A stretch of DNA of 64,000 nt from an uncultured Eubacteriales bacterium (GCA_900545925.1 URAZ01000001.1:42614-106613), one strand, 5' to 3'; positions 44,216 through 54,600 are shown, numbered from the stretch's first letter. Translations and numbers: made by a program. Notes: generated by a model not told the origin, from the sequence alone.

Positions 44216-46381
44216 TCATGCCCAACGCTGGTTGCTCTCGACCTTGACGGGCAGCCCCAGCGCGTGCAGCACACGGTAAAAATGAGATTCCAACTCCGGT
44301 TCGCGGATGTTGCGGATCATGTTGATATACATGGTGCCGTTCCAGCTGACAACGCCGCAGTTGTGCGGAGCCTTGGCCTGTACGCCGATGATGAAATCCA
44401 TCCGCGCGACGTACGGGGCCATTTCCTCCGGCAGCTTGACAAGGCCGAGGTTGGACAGGCACAGGCAGGACTTGCACTCACCAACCAGATCGAACACAGC
44501 CTTCATGGCGATATTCTTGACAAACAGCGGCATGGCGCGCAGTACGGCGGAGCGTTCGCTCGCCACGTTCGTTGCGATCTTCGCCGCCATCATCCTGGGG
44601 TCGTTTTCCAGTCCCATCCTGTAATGGACGATCCGGCAAATTTCCGCAAGGGAATAGTCGCCCAATCGCGGGTCGATCTCCGGCGTGACATAGGATGCGA
44701 AATTCCGCATCGTCCGGCTCGGGAACAGTCCGCGCAGATTGACCGGCAACAGAACTTTAACGGGCTTGCGCCGCATGCGGCGCGGAACCTTTTCCGCTTG
44801 CAGGTCGCTGATGGCCTTCATCATAACGGCAGCGATAAACTCCGTTACGCTGACGCCAAATTCCTTTGCTTTTTCCTTCACAGCGGGCACAGGCAGCATG
44901 AGCGTGGTAAGGTTCAGGAAGCCGTCCGGCTCCGGTGTTCCGCTCAGATGATAGGCCGTCTGCTCGGCGCGGCTGGCCGTGATATCGCCCGCGTAGCGCA
45001 GGAAGCTGTCCTCCAGTTCCTCCGGGTCAGGGTCCTCCAGACGGCCCAAAACGCCGTTTCCAGCGGGGATATTGATTTTATATTTCTGGCACAGATATTC
45101 TGCAACCAGCGTCTTGAGGAAGATCAGACCGCCCGTGCCGTCCGTGACTGCGTGGAAAAACTCCACAGCAACGCGTCTGCCGTAAACCAGCACACGGAAA
45201 GCGCATTTGCGTACATCATCAAACGGGACGTGGACAAGCGGATAACTTTTATCCTCTTCGATGGCAGGGGCTTTCGTGATCTCCTCGAGATAGTACCAGA
45301 ACACACCTCGGCGCAGCCGGACAGCGATGGACGGAAAACGCCGCACTGTCACATCCAGTGCCGCGCGCAGCACGCCCAAATCGACGTCTTCCGTCAGCGT
45401 GGCAGACAGGCGGAAATAATTCGTCCAGTTCCGGCGCTTTGCCGCCGGGTATATTTTCGCGGCGTTGTCCAGCCGCATCCAGCGCAGCTTGCGAACCGGA
45501 GAGAGCACGCGCGTCATAAACCGCCCGATTGTATCAAAATCGGACATGTTTTCATTCAGATAATACAGCACATACGCATGCCAGCGCTCCGGTGCAATGA
45601 CGATCTGGCTCTTGCAGCCGGAATCGAGCAGCTTTTTATGGAGCATGCGCGTATCGTCGAGCATGACCTCGTCCCCGCCAACGAACAAAAGCGACGGCGG
45701 CAGGCCCGTCAGATCGCCGAACAGCGGTGAGCAGAGGGGGTTTTTCGGGTCGTCGGTGTAGCAGGCAGCGTAGAATTGCAGCAGTTCCGGCGTCATGGAG
45801 GGATCGATGTCGCGGTTGTCAATATAGGACTGACCGGAGCCTGTGAGGTCTGTCCACGGCGAAATGCCGATCAGACCGCACGGAAGCGGCAGGCGCAGCT
45901 GCTTCAGCCGCAGGCAAAGCGCGTAAATAAGTCCTCCGCCAGCGGACTCGCCGCAGAGCAGAATCTGGCTTGCGGGATATCCCTTGGAGAGCAGATACTG
46001 ATAACTTACGACCGCATCGTCCAGCGCCGCCGGAAAGCGATCCTCCGGGGCCAGACGGTAGGCTGCGCAGAATACACGCACACCGCACTCGTCCGAGAGT
46101 GTGGCAGCAAAACCCTTTGCATAGTCCAGATTGCCGCAGGTATAGCCGCCGCCGTGCAGATAGAGCACAACGCCCTGACGCCGCTCGTCTTTCGGCATGA
46201 TCCACGCGCCCTGAAATGGGCCGAAGTCATGGTCGCGGACGATCACATCGCGCCGGTGGATGGCCTCCATCAACTCGCCAAGCTTGTCCTGCCCCTTCCG
46301 GGTAATCTCCAAAGAACAGTTGGCGACAAATGGTTTAAAGAAATTGAGTTGTGCTCGCACCAGCTTCGCAGGCAGACCCAT
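44216..46381 (-). CDS. fusion protein: alpha/beta-hydrolase-fold esterase (HGGG / GESAGG) + C-terminal HxxxDG acyltransferase (condensation/WS-DGAT/alcohol-acetyltransferase-like) domain
   Basis: N-terminal LYLHGGGY oxyanion motif, GESAGGG nucleophile elbow, HAY His. The C-terminal 430 aa carry FHAVTDGTGG, the HxxxDG catalytic motif of CoA-dependent acyltransferases. Promoter TTTACA-N17-TATACT on the minus strand at 46423-46451. RBS AAAGGAAC. Confidence 0.75.
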   Translation of the reverse strand: MGLPAKLVRAQLNFFKPFVANCSLEITRKGQDKLGELMEAIHRRDVIVRDHDFGPFQGAWIMPKDERRQGVVLYLHGGGYTCGNLDYAKGFAATLSDECGVRVFCAAYRLAPEDRFPAALDDAVVSYQYLLSKGYPASQILLCGESAGGGLIYALCLRLKQLRLPLPCGLIGISPWTDLTGSGQSYIDNRDIDPSMTPELLQFYAACYTDDPKNPLCSPLFGDLTGLPPSLLFVGGDEVMLDDTRMLHKKLLDSGCKSQIVIAPERWHAYVLYYLNENMSDFDTIGRFMTRVLSPVRKLRWMRLDNAAKIYPAAKRRNWTNYFRLSATLTEDVDLGVLRAALDVTVRRFPSIAVRLRRGVFWYYLEEITKAPAIEEDKSYPLVHVPFDDVRKCAFRVLVYGRRVAVEFFHAVTDGTGGLIFLKTLVAEYLCQKYKINIPAGNGVLGRLEDPDPEELEDSFLRYAGDITASRAEQTAYHLSGTPEPDGFLNLTTLMLPVPAVKEKAKEFGVSVTEFIAAVMMKAISDLQAEKVPRRMRRKPVKVLLPVNLRGLFPSRTMRNFASYVTPEIDPRLGDYSLAEICRIVHYRMGLENDPRMMAAKIATNVASERSAVLRAMPLFVKNIAMKAVFDLVGECKSCLCLSNLGLVKLPEEMAPYVARMDFIIGVQAKAPHNCGVVSWNGTMYINMIRNIREPELESHFYRVLHALGLPVKVESNQRWA

Positions 46382-46644
46382 AGATACCGTTCCTTTCAAA
46401 AAACGTTTCAGTCAATTTGTATAGTATAGCATTGACCGGAATTTTTGTAAATACACGAAAACACACCTACGCGGAGAGGTCTTCTTTCGTGCCGATTTTC
46501 GTGTACATTCATCTGTGCTTACACTAATTTATCTTCATAAAATGTTTTGTTTTATTCCTTATAAAAAACATATAACGTTCTGCCGAAGCATTGCCGCGCA
46601 AAGAAAAACCCGTAATCTCCATGATTACGGGTTTTTCTCATTTA

Positions 46645-46736
46645 TGGCGGAGTGGGAGGGATTCGAACCCTCGGACGGCTTTTGACCGTCACACGATTTC
46701 CAGTCGTGCTCGTTATGACCGCTTCGATACCACTCC
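46645..46736 (-). tRNA. tRNA-Ser (anticodon GGA)
   Basis: Minus-strand cloverleaf: acceptor GGAGTGG/CCACTCC, anticodon stem CACGA/TCGTG with loop CUGGAAA, long variable arm, T-arm GAGGGTTCGAATCCCTC, encoded CCA. Confidence 0.85.
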
Positions 46737-46777
46737 ATGATATCGACTGGCCGTGTCAACCCCCGGACAGCCCTAAT

Positions 46778-46806
46778 ATCATACACAAAAGTCCCGCATT
46801 TGTCAA
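46778..46806 (-). promoter_or_regulatory. consensus promoter TTGACA-N17-TATGAT driving tRNA-Ser
   Basis: Perfect hexamers on the minus strand (plus-strand TGTCAA at 46801-46806, ATCATA at 46778-46783). Confidence 0.55.
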
Positions 46807-46809
46807 GGG

Positions 46810-47532
46810 TTACTTTTGAATTTCTTCAAATATTGCATGCAGTTCCGCATCTGTCAGTGGTCGGTACTGACCCGGCTTCAGATTGCCGAGCGAAAGCGGC
46901 CCTTCCTGCACGCGGCGCAGGCGCGTGCAGGCCAGTTCCGCGCGTTCGCAGAGTCTGCGGATCTGCCGGTTGCGGCCTTCGTGGATCGTGATGCGAAAAA
47001 GCGCGGTCGTATCGGCTTCGTGCAGAAGCTGCACAGCTGCGGGAGATGTTTTCCGGCCGTCGATTTCGATGGGCTGTGAAAGGGACTGCTCCTTCCCCGC
47101 TATGTATCCGCTGACCCAGACAAGATAGGTCTTGTCGATGCTCTTTTTCGGGTGCATGAGGGCATTTGCCAGTGCGCCGTCGTTCGTCATAAGCAGAAGA
47201 CCCTCGGAGTTATAATCCAGCCGGCCGACAGGATACACGCGTTCCGGCACGTCCGCGACAAGTTCCGCAACGGAGCGTCTGCCCTTTTCATCGTGCATAG
47301 TGGTTACGAAGCCGCGCGGCTTGCAGAGCATAAGATAGACCAGCTGCGGCTCCTGACGTGTCTTGACGCGCGCGCCGTCCAACTCGATCACGTCCTCCTC
47401 CGCGTCGGCCTGCTCGCCGAGGCGCGCGGTATTGCCGTTGACGCGGACGCGACCCGCCGCGATCAGTTCCTCCGCTTTGCGGCGCGAGACATCTGCACAG
47501 CGCGCCAGAATTTTTTGCAGTCGTTCTTCCAT
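46810..47532 (-). CDS. rsuA: 16S/23S rRNA pseudouridine synthase, RsuA/RluB family
   Basis: N-terminal S4 domain (RLQKILARCADVSRRKAEELIAAGRVRVNG). Catalytic motif VYPVGRLDYNSEGLLLMTNDG. Confidence 0.9.
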   Translation of the reverse strand: MEERLQKILARCADVSRRKAEELIAAGRVRVNGNTARLGEQADAEEDVIELDGARVKTRQEPQLVYLMLCKPRGFVTTMHDEKGRRSVAELVADVPERVYPVGRLDYNSEGLLLMTNDGALANALMHPKKSIDKTYLVWVSGYIAGKEQSLSQPIEIDGRKTSPAAVQLLHEADTTALFRITIHEGRNRQIRRLCERAELACTRLRRVQEGPLSLGNLKPGQYRPLTDAELHAIFEEIQK

Positions 47533-48389
47533 ACAATCCTCCTGTTCTGCGGATAGGCGGGCGTGTCGCTCCCGAGAACGGCAAAGCCGTAGTCCAGAAG
47601 CGCAGCATGATCGCGCCAGTCGTCCGGGTCCGAAATCGTGACGGCGATAAGCATTCTGCCATCACGTTCAGCAGCGCTTACGAGAATGCGGCCCGCGTGG
47701 CGGGTATAGCCGGTCTTAACGCCGATGCAGCCGTCATAGCGCCAAAGCAGCTTGTTATGATTCGTGAGAGTCCTGCCCGCACAGGTTATGGATTTGGTCG
47801 AGACGGCCAAGCGGAACTGTGCGTTTTGCAGTGCAGCCTGTGCAAGATGAGCAAGATCAAGTGCGGTGGAGTAATTTTCACCGCTGTCCAATCCATGCGG
47901 GTTGGCAAAATGCGTCTGTGTCAGACCAAGCGCGCGGGCGCGCAGATTCATCTGCCGGACAAACGCCGCCTCGCCTCCGGATACAGAGATCGCCAGCGTC
48001 AAAGCCGCATCATTGCCGGAATGGAGCATCATGCCGTAAAGCAGGTCCCCGCGTGTCAGCGTCTCGCCCTTTTTCAGATACATACTGGAGCCTTCCAGTC
48101 CGACGGCTGCGTCCGGCACGGTCACGTTTTTTTCCAATTCGCCCGCTTCGCAGACGAGAAGGCCAGTCATGATCTTCGTTGTGCTGGCAATCAGCGCACG
48201 CTGATTGCCGTTCTTCGCGTAAAGGCACTCTCCTGTCATTCCGTCGAGCAGCGCGGCGCTTTTGGCCGACACCTGCGGAGGCGGTGCGATCTGCGCGGCG
48301 CTCGGCATGCACACCGCACCGAGGAAAAAGGCGGCGGCGCAGAGTGCCGCCGCCGCTTTCCAGACTGTTTTTTGAACGCTGCGTTTCAT
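47463..48389 (-). CDS. D-alanyl-D-alanine carboxypeptidase (S11 peptidase, DacF/DacB-like)
   Basis: Signal peptide. STTKIMT (SxxK). SGND (SxN). KTGYT (KTG). The 3' end overlaps the rsuA start by 70 nt. Confidence 0.8.
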   Translation of the reverse strand: MKRSVQKTVWKAAAALCAAAFFLGAVCMPSAAQIAPPPQVSAKSAALLDGMTGECLYAKNGNQRALIASTTKIMTGLLVCEAGELEKNVTVPDAAVGLEGSSMYLKKGETLTRGDLLYGMMLHSGNDAALTLAISVSGGEAAFVRQMNLRARALGLTQTHFANPHGLDSGENYSTALDLAHLAQAALQNAQFRLAVSTKSITCAGRTLTNHNKLLWRYDGCIGVKTGYTRHAGRILVSAAERDGRMLIAVTISDPDDWRDHAALLDYGFAVLGSDTPAYPQNRRIVWKNDCKKFWRAVQMSRAAKRRN

Positions 48390-48431
48390 TCTGCATCACC
48401 CTGCTGGAAGTTTGTGCAGAACGCGCGGACA

Positions 48432-48848
48432 TTATGCGTCTTCCGCTGCCTTTTCAGCCTCTTTCGCAGCCTTCTTTTCCGCAAAATACGCCTCACCCTT
48501 CTCCAAAAGATCAGGCAGCAGTTCAATCAGTCGGTCAACCGATGTGGAGGCTGGTTCGGCGACCGGGAGCATACGCACATTTTCGCCGCGGATGACAAGG
48601 AATGCAACCGGCGTAATCTTAATTCCCGCGCCTGCGCCGCCGCCGAAAGAATTGTCGCGGTTCACGGGCATGTTTTTTGTTGCGAAGTCGCTGCCGCCGC
48701 CGCCATAGCCGATGGAAACCTTGGTCACGGGGATGATCGTCACGCCGCCGGGCGTGGTGATGGGGCTGCCGACGACCGTGTTGACATCGATCATATCTTT
48801 AATCTTGCTCATGGTATTGGTCATCATATCAGACAGAGGATGTTCCAT
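48432..48848 (-). CDS. ytfJ: sporulation protein YtfJ/GerW family
   Basis: Gly-rich GYGGGGSDF...GGGAGAG core typical of GerW/YtfJ. Confidence 0.8.
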   Translation of the reverse strand: MEHPLSDMMTNTMSKIKDMIDVNTVVGSPITTPGGVTIIPVTKVSIGYGGGGSDFATKNMPVNRDNSFGGGAGAGIKITPVAFLVIRGENVRMLPVAEPASTSVDRLIELLPDLLEKGEAYFAEKKAAKEAEKAAEDA

Positions 48849-48851
48849 ACT

Positions 48852-49472
48852 TTACACCGCCTTTTTTCGTTCGTTCAGAATTTTCAGGAACCGGATGCCG
48901 GCGCGCAGCGCCAATGCCAGCGACCGCCCGATGGTGATCGTGGTCACAAGATGCGCGTCTACCTGTGTGTTGCTTATAGTATAATCGAGCGCGGGCCGAA
49001 TGTCACGCTTTTTTATGACGAAAAGACGTTCCAAGGACGGCGTGATGGCACCGATGGCAGCCCATGCCCGGCCATAACCCATGGCAGCCTTTGCCGGATC
49101 GTCGCTGCCGCCGATGTGAACATACAGCGTCAACTCGTTCACACGAAGCTTGCGCCGCAGATTGCCGAGCGTATCAAATGCAAGATCGAGCAGCTGTATC
49201 AGCCCGTCCACACCGCCGGAAAGCAGCGGATTTGGCTTTTTCTCCTGCGGTTCAGCCTTTGCCGGTGCCTTTTCTGCCTTCTTTTGCTGCTTAGGCTGCT
49301 TCTTTTTCTTTTTGGGCTTCTGCGGCAGAAGCTGGAGCAGAAACGGCCCGATCTTTGCCGAAAGAAATACGCCTTCCGCGCTATATCGCGCGTCAACGCC
49401 AATGGGGATACAGCCGATCAGCACGAGGACAACGAAGATCGCAAGGAGCGTCATCCACCATGTCCACGTCAT
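48852..49472 (-). CDS. ytfI: DUF2953 sporulation membrane protein YtfI-like
   Basis: N-terminal TM helix and Lys-rich linker. Conserved ytfI-ytfJ gene pairing. Confidence 0.7.
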   Translation of the reverse strand: MTWTWWMTLLAIFVVLVLIGCIPIGVDARYSAEGVFLSAKIGPFLLQLLPQKPKKKKKQPKQQKKAEKAPAKAEPQEKKPNPLLSGGVDGLIQLLDLAFDTLGNLRRKLRVNELTLYVHIGGSDDPAKAAMGYGRAWAAIGAITPSLERLFVIKKRDIRPALDYTISNTQVDAHLVTTITIGRSLALALRAGIRFLKILNERKKAV

Positions 49473-50083
49473 AGCGGGATCTCCTGCTGTACGGGTGCAG
49501 ACGCATCCGGCTGCGCGGGGTCTTCCTGCTTCTGCTCCAGCGGCTCAACCTGTGAGGGGTCAACGTGCAGATCGACCTTTTCGATCTCAGGCAGTTCGGA
49601 CAGGGATTCAAGGCCGAATACGCGCAAAAAGTCCGGTGTCGTTTCGTAGACGATAGGACGGCCCGGCACGTTCAGGCGGCCGCATTCGCGGATGAGTTTT
49701 TTTGTCACAAGCGCGCTGACGCAGTAGGCGCTGTCAACGCCGCGGATCTGTTCGACGAGCGCTTTGGTCGCAGGCTGGTAATACGCGATGACCGTCAGCG
49801 TTTCCAGCTGCGATGGAGAAAGCTTCGGCGGCTTACGCGTTTCGAGCGTTTTGGTTACATATTCCGCCATTTCCGGCGACGAGCACATCTGATAGGCATC
49901 CTCCAGCCGCACGATGCGGATGCCGCTGCGGTTGAAGCTGAGGTCGTCCATCAGCGCCTTGCACGCTTCATGGATTTCCGTTTCATCGCATTCAAGTGTC
50001 TGGCTCAGGCGTTTGGCATCGACCGGCTCTCCAGCAGCAAACAGAACCGCCATCAGCGCCCGCTGTAAATCATTTTGCTCCAA
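49469..50083 (-). CDS. scpB: segregation and condensation protein B
   Basis: Family-level match to ScpB winged-helix protein. Downstream of and overlapping scpA. Confidence 0.9.
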   Translation of the reverse strand: MEQNDLQRALMAVLFAAGEPVDAKRLSQTLECDETEIHEACKALMDDLSFNRSGIRIVRLEDAYQMCSSPEMAEYVTKTLETRKPPKLSPSQLETLTVIAYYQPATKALVEQIRGVDSAYCVSALVTKKLIRECGRLNVPGRPIVYETTPDFLRVFGLESLSELPEIEKVDLHVDPSQVEPLEQKQEDPAQPDASAPVQQEIPL

Positions 50084-50097
50084 GAGGAACCTCCTTA

Positions 50098-50895
50098 TCA
50101 GGAAATGTCCGTCTGCACATCGGCATCCGGTGCTTTCAAAAATGTAACGGCCATATCGCCGCGTTCATCCTCTCCGATAGAAACAGAGCGGAGCCGGCAC
50201 AGTTCCAGCACAGCGAGGAACGTCGCCACAATCTCCGACCGGCTGCGGCTGCCCTTAAACAGTGCCAGAAAGCGCATGACGCCGTGGGCGAGCAAACGGC
50301 TGATGACCTGTTTGGCCTTCTGCGTCACAGGGTACGGCTCTGCGCCGACGATTCCGGCAAAGTTGGACGCAGGCGGCGGCAGGCGGCGCTCCGTCCGGTC
50401 CTGCATAGCGGCAAGCGCTGCAGTCAGATCGGACTTGTCATGCCGGTAGCGGTAGGTTCTGTCCGGCTGGTACGGCTCCGGCCCCTTGGTGAACAGTCCA
50501 AGTCCCAACTCATTGCGCACAGCCAGCTGCTTTGCCGCCTTCTGGATCTGTTGATAGGCGTCCTGCCGCTGGCGTTTCTGGAGGGATTCGACGAGTTTGT
50601 CCATCTCGCTCTGCGCCTCCTCCTGTTCTGCCTTGGACAGGAGCATGCGCGTTTTGATATACATGAGATAGGACGCCATGGCGATAAACTCGCTGGCGAT
50701 CTCCATATCCATGCGCTTCATTTCGTCGAGATAGGCCAGATACTGCTCCAGAATGGCGGAGATCTGAATATCCTGTATTTCGATTTTATTCTTGCTCAGC
50801 AGCAGCAGAATCACGTCCAGCGGGCCGTCGAAATCCTCAAGCGTTTCGCCCTTCGCGTGCACAACGCTGCCGAGATGGTATCGCGGTTCATCCAT
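50098..50895 (-). CDS. scpA: segregation and condensation protein A
   Basis: ScpA kleisin family (LEDFDGPLDVILLLLSKNKIEI). Confidence 0.9.
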   Translation of the reverse strand: MDEPRYHLGSVVHAKGETLEDFDGPLDVILLLLSKNKIEIQDIQISAILEQYLAYLDEMKRMDMEIASEFIAMASYLMYIKTRMLLSKAEQEEAQSEMDKLVESLQKRQRQDAYQQIQKAAKQLAVRNELGLGLFTKGPEPYQPDRTYRYRHDKSDLTAALAAMQDRTERRLPPPASNFAGIVGAEPYPVTQKAKQVISRLLAHGVMRFLALFKGSRSRSEIVATFLAVLELCRLRSVSIGEDERGDMAVTFLKAPDADVQTDIS

Positions 50896-50921
50896 GCAGA
50901 TTTAACTCCAAAAAGATAGGT

Positions 50922-51611
50922 TCAGCGCAGCGCAAGCAGCAGCTGCACCGGCCATGTGCCGATCGCTTCCAGCCCATTCAAAAGCCCGTCGCGTAGGAAT
51001 TCCAGCGGCGTATCGAGTACACCGGTCAGGAGCAGGAGCATCAAAAGCGCCATGCCGTAGCGCTCATAGCGCATGAGCCAGAGGTAAGCTTTATCGGACA
51101 GGCAGGAAAAGAGCACCTTAGACCCGTCGAGCGGCGGGATAGGAAAAACGTTGAACACAGCCAGTCCCGCCGAAATGATCTCGACGTAATAGAAAAAAAG
51201 TGCAAAGACATAAACGGCTGTTGAGCCGGAGAAATAGTACCAATAGGCAAAGACACCGTAGAGCAGCACAGCCAGATACGCCAGCAGAACGTTGGACAGC
51301 GGGCCTGCCGCAGCGGTGAGCGCCATGTCGCGCTTGGGATGCTTGAAATAACGCATATCGACCGGGACAGGCTTTGCCCAGCCGAAACGGAACAGCGCCA
51401 TCATAAGCAAACCGCCGATATCGACATGCCGCAGTGGATTGAGTGTCAGCCGCCCTGCACGCTTTGCCGTCGGGTCGCCGAGCCAGTAGGCCACAAGCCC
51501 GTGGCACGTCTCATGAAATGTAATGCAGAGCAGCGACGCGGCGACGAGCACTGCCGTCTGCCACACGCCGTCAAACTGAAGCTGCTTCAGCCATGCTACA
51601 AATCCGTCCAA
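50922..51611 (-). CDS. M50 family site-2 metalloprotease
   Basis: HETCHGL (HExxH) in a TM segment plus downstream LDG motif. Confidence 0.8.
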   Translation of the reverse strand: MDGFVAWLKQLQFDGVWQTAVLVAASLLCITFHETCHGLVAYWLGDPTAKRAGRLTLNPLRHVDIGGLLMMALFRFGWAKPVPVDMRYFKHPKRDMALTAAAGPLSNVLLAYLAVLLYGVFAYWYYFSGSTAVYVFALFFYYVEIISAGLAVFNVFPIPPLDGSKVLFSCLSDKAYLWLMRYERYGMALLMLLLLTGVLDTPLEFLRDGLLNGLEAIGTWPVQLLLALR

Positions 51612-51641
51612 ATCAAAACTCCTGTCTGTCGATCATAGTTT

Positions 51642-54600
51642 TCACGCCGCCGGTAACGCAATTTGCTTTGCAGCCGTGCACGGCGTGTTTTTCTCTGCAT
51701 CCAGCTGGAACACGCGGACAAAGCCGGTTTGCGTTCCCCGCAGAACGACAGAAATATGCATATCCAGACTCTGCACGGACACGGATTGGGCATCGACCAT
51801 CCGCCCGTCCGTGTCATAAAGCGCGATCAGGTGCAGGCCGGTACATTCCGGGTCATAGCTGATGCGCACGCCCTCGTCCGAGACGGAAACGTCCGGCGCG
51901 GGACGGGAGACAGAGACAGAATACCGGTAGTCTCTGGTCATGTATTGAAGGCGGACATAGGCGGTCTGTCCCTTCTTGAGTTCCATTCCCGCTACTGCAG
52001 GCGATCCGGACTGCAGTGCGCCACGACGCTCCCAGCGCGTGACGCTCCCATCAGATATATACACCGCAGCATAGGATTCTCCGGCAGCAGTGAACAGATA
52101 GACGCCGTCAGCCGGTGCTGTAAACCGGAAGCAGCGTTCGCTGTCGCCGGTTTTGTAGAGACAGGATGTTGTCTGCCCTAACTCCAACTCTGGTATCGTT
52201 GTAAACCCGATGGTATAGCTGCCCTCCGTCTGAATGCGGATGAGGGTACTTTCGCCCTTTTTCAGATAGAAATTGCGTGCCATCGGATCGTCCGACAAAA
52301 CGCCGGATTGATAAGTGCGGCTCGTTTCATAGACTTCTGCCAATGCGGTCGATTTGAGGGAAAGGACATATACGCCGTCCTCCGGCGCAAAGAATTCCCA
52401 GACTGTTTCCCCCGCACTGCCGGTCTTCTGCGTGTCAAGCGTGAGCAGCTGCGCGGCAGGAGCCGGGCATTCACACCAATCCGTGTAGATTGTCCCGTCA
52501 TCCGCTTCACAGAACGCACGGAAGGAATACTTGGCAGACGCATCGCTCTCAAACGAAATGCAGAAGGATGTGATATATCCCTTGTTCAAATAAAGATTCG
52601 CCGAAACACGGTTTGCCTCCTCCTGTCCGTCTTTCCGGTATTCAACACCGAACGGCAGGCTTCCTTCGGGGCCGCTGCACGCCAGAATGACCGCACAGCG
52701 GCCATCTCCGCGGAACGTCTGCATGACAGAGCACCACGGCTTGTCGGAAACGACGCTCAGGGTGCTGAGTTTCTTGGAATAAACGCCAAGTTCGTCAGTT
52801 GTCTCGGCATAGATGGTATATTGACCGACGGGAAGGTCAGCTTCCCAGCTGGTGACGGTATAAGGCGTGCTTTCCGTCGAATCGCCCCGTTTCATTTCAA
52901 GGGGTTCGCCGCACCAAAGATCCACGCGAAGACCATCCAAGTCACGCAGCGCGTACATGCGCGGTGTAACCGTTATCGGCTGTTTGCTGGTCGTATAGTT
53001 GGAAATATAGAAGCTGAGTTTCTCACTGCCGGTCAATGCGTTCTGGCCATAGGCAATCGCCGAGCAGCTGCTGGTGTTGTCCGTGGTCGAGAGGAGATAC
53101 ATCTTATGGTAGCGCAGTGCCGTCTGTCCTGCGTTGAGCATCACACACGCAAGGCTCTGGTCTACAGGCCGCAGCACCACAAGGGTCTGTACAGACTCTG
53201 TGGTACTCTCGTACCGGACGGTTTCCGGCTGCTCATAGGCTTGATATGCAAGCACCCAGCCCCTAGACGCACTGTATTTTTCATAGACGGACCACGTCAG
53301 TGTTGTTCCGGTTGGGTATAAGGAATCGACACCGGAGAAGGTCAGCGTGCCATAGCCGGCTTCATTTCCGTCAAACTCGGGAATGGATACAGACACAGAC
53401 GCATTCGCGGTATACGGCGCTGCGGTGCCCACGGTAAAGGAAATCGAACGCGTGTTGTTCAGAAGATAGGCTTCCGCTATGCCGCTGGCAGATACGCGGA
53501 TTGTCGCTTCATAGCTGCCGGAGGGAAGGGAATCACAGGTTTCCGAAAGCGCGACATTGGCATACGCCTTGAATCTGCTGATGGAGCGCTGACTGGAACG
53601 CTCCCAGACGACCTCGCCATTTTGTGTGATCGTCGTGACAATCTGAAGCCTTACGCTGCTCAGATTCACCGCGCTGTTGTTCATTGCAATGCCGCTGATT
53701 CTGAACGCCTGATCTGCCGGGATCGTATAGATGCTCAGATTCAGATTATCAAACGTCGAAGTTCGGACGCACAGATCCTGAACGGAAAAATCCGTCGTGG
53801 TATTTTTATTGCGGGTTCCGGCGGTGTCTTTTTCCAGATCCGTGCTGAAGGGCTCCAGAACCGTAAAGCTGTCGATCCGCCATGGGAACCACGAGGGATA
53901 GTCCAATTCCAAGCTGTCGTTGCCAAAACCGTTGAACATCCCGTCCATCATCATCACGCGCAGCCGGTTCGGCGCTTCGCGGCGCAGATTGCCGTCATAT
54001 TTATCCGAATCCGAATCAGAGATAAAAACAGCAGGATATGCTTCCTTGCTATAGGGACTGGCAGCTGTATCGTGCAGATAGCCCCAGAGTGTAATGGCAT
54101 GACCGCCTACGCGGAACGACGAGATATAATTGCCGATAGAAATACCGACGGCACAGTCGCGCTCCAACGCGTCAAAGACCAGCCGCAGATTGTCGATATG
54201 GCCGGATATCTGATAGGTCTGATACAGGCTGTCCGCAGCATACTCGGAAAGATAGCTTCCGGTTTTGCCCGGCTCTCTCAGCTGCGCCCAACCGTCGATC
54301 CCCTGCGGCCGGTAATTGCCGTTAAAAAACCAGTCCAGCGCGTATGTATATGCGCCTCCCGCGTCTGTAAACGCGGAAATAAACGACTCGAACAGGTCAT
54401 CCTCCGTTTGAAATCCTGCTTTACTTCCCCAGCCGCTGAACCGGAGCATATTGGACGCAGCAGCTGCCCAGCAGAGGTTGGCATCCGACGCGATCTCACC
54501 TTCCGCAACCTCTGTGAACTCCTTTTCCGCGTCGATAAAGTCAACGTTGGTAAGGTTGAAGTAGCGGTCCTCCAGCGCGCTGGCCGTCAGTTCGTTCTGC

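Noticed and set aside
47607-49649. 680-aa plus-strand ORF spanning antisense across dacF, ytfJ and ytfI; similar long antisense ORFs at 31962-33494 (versus gap), 2947-4158 (versus aroF), 58257-59975, 59903-62404, 20369-22024 and 12234-13241
   Set aside because: Same GC3 effect. No RBS, Arg/Ala/Gly-rich junk composition, and each overlaps a well-supported gene on the other strand.
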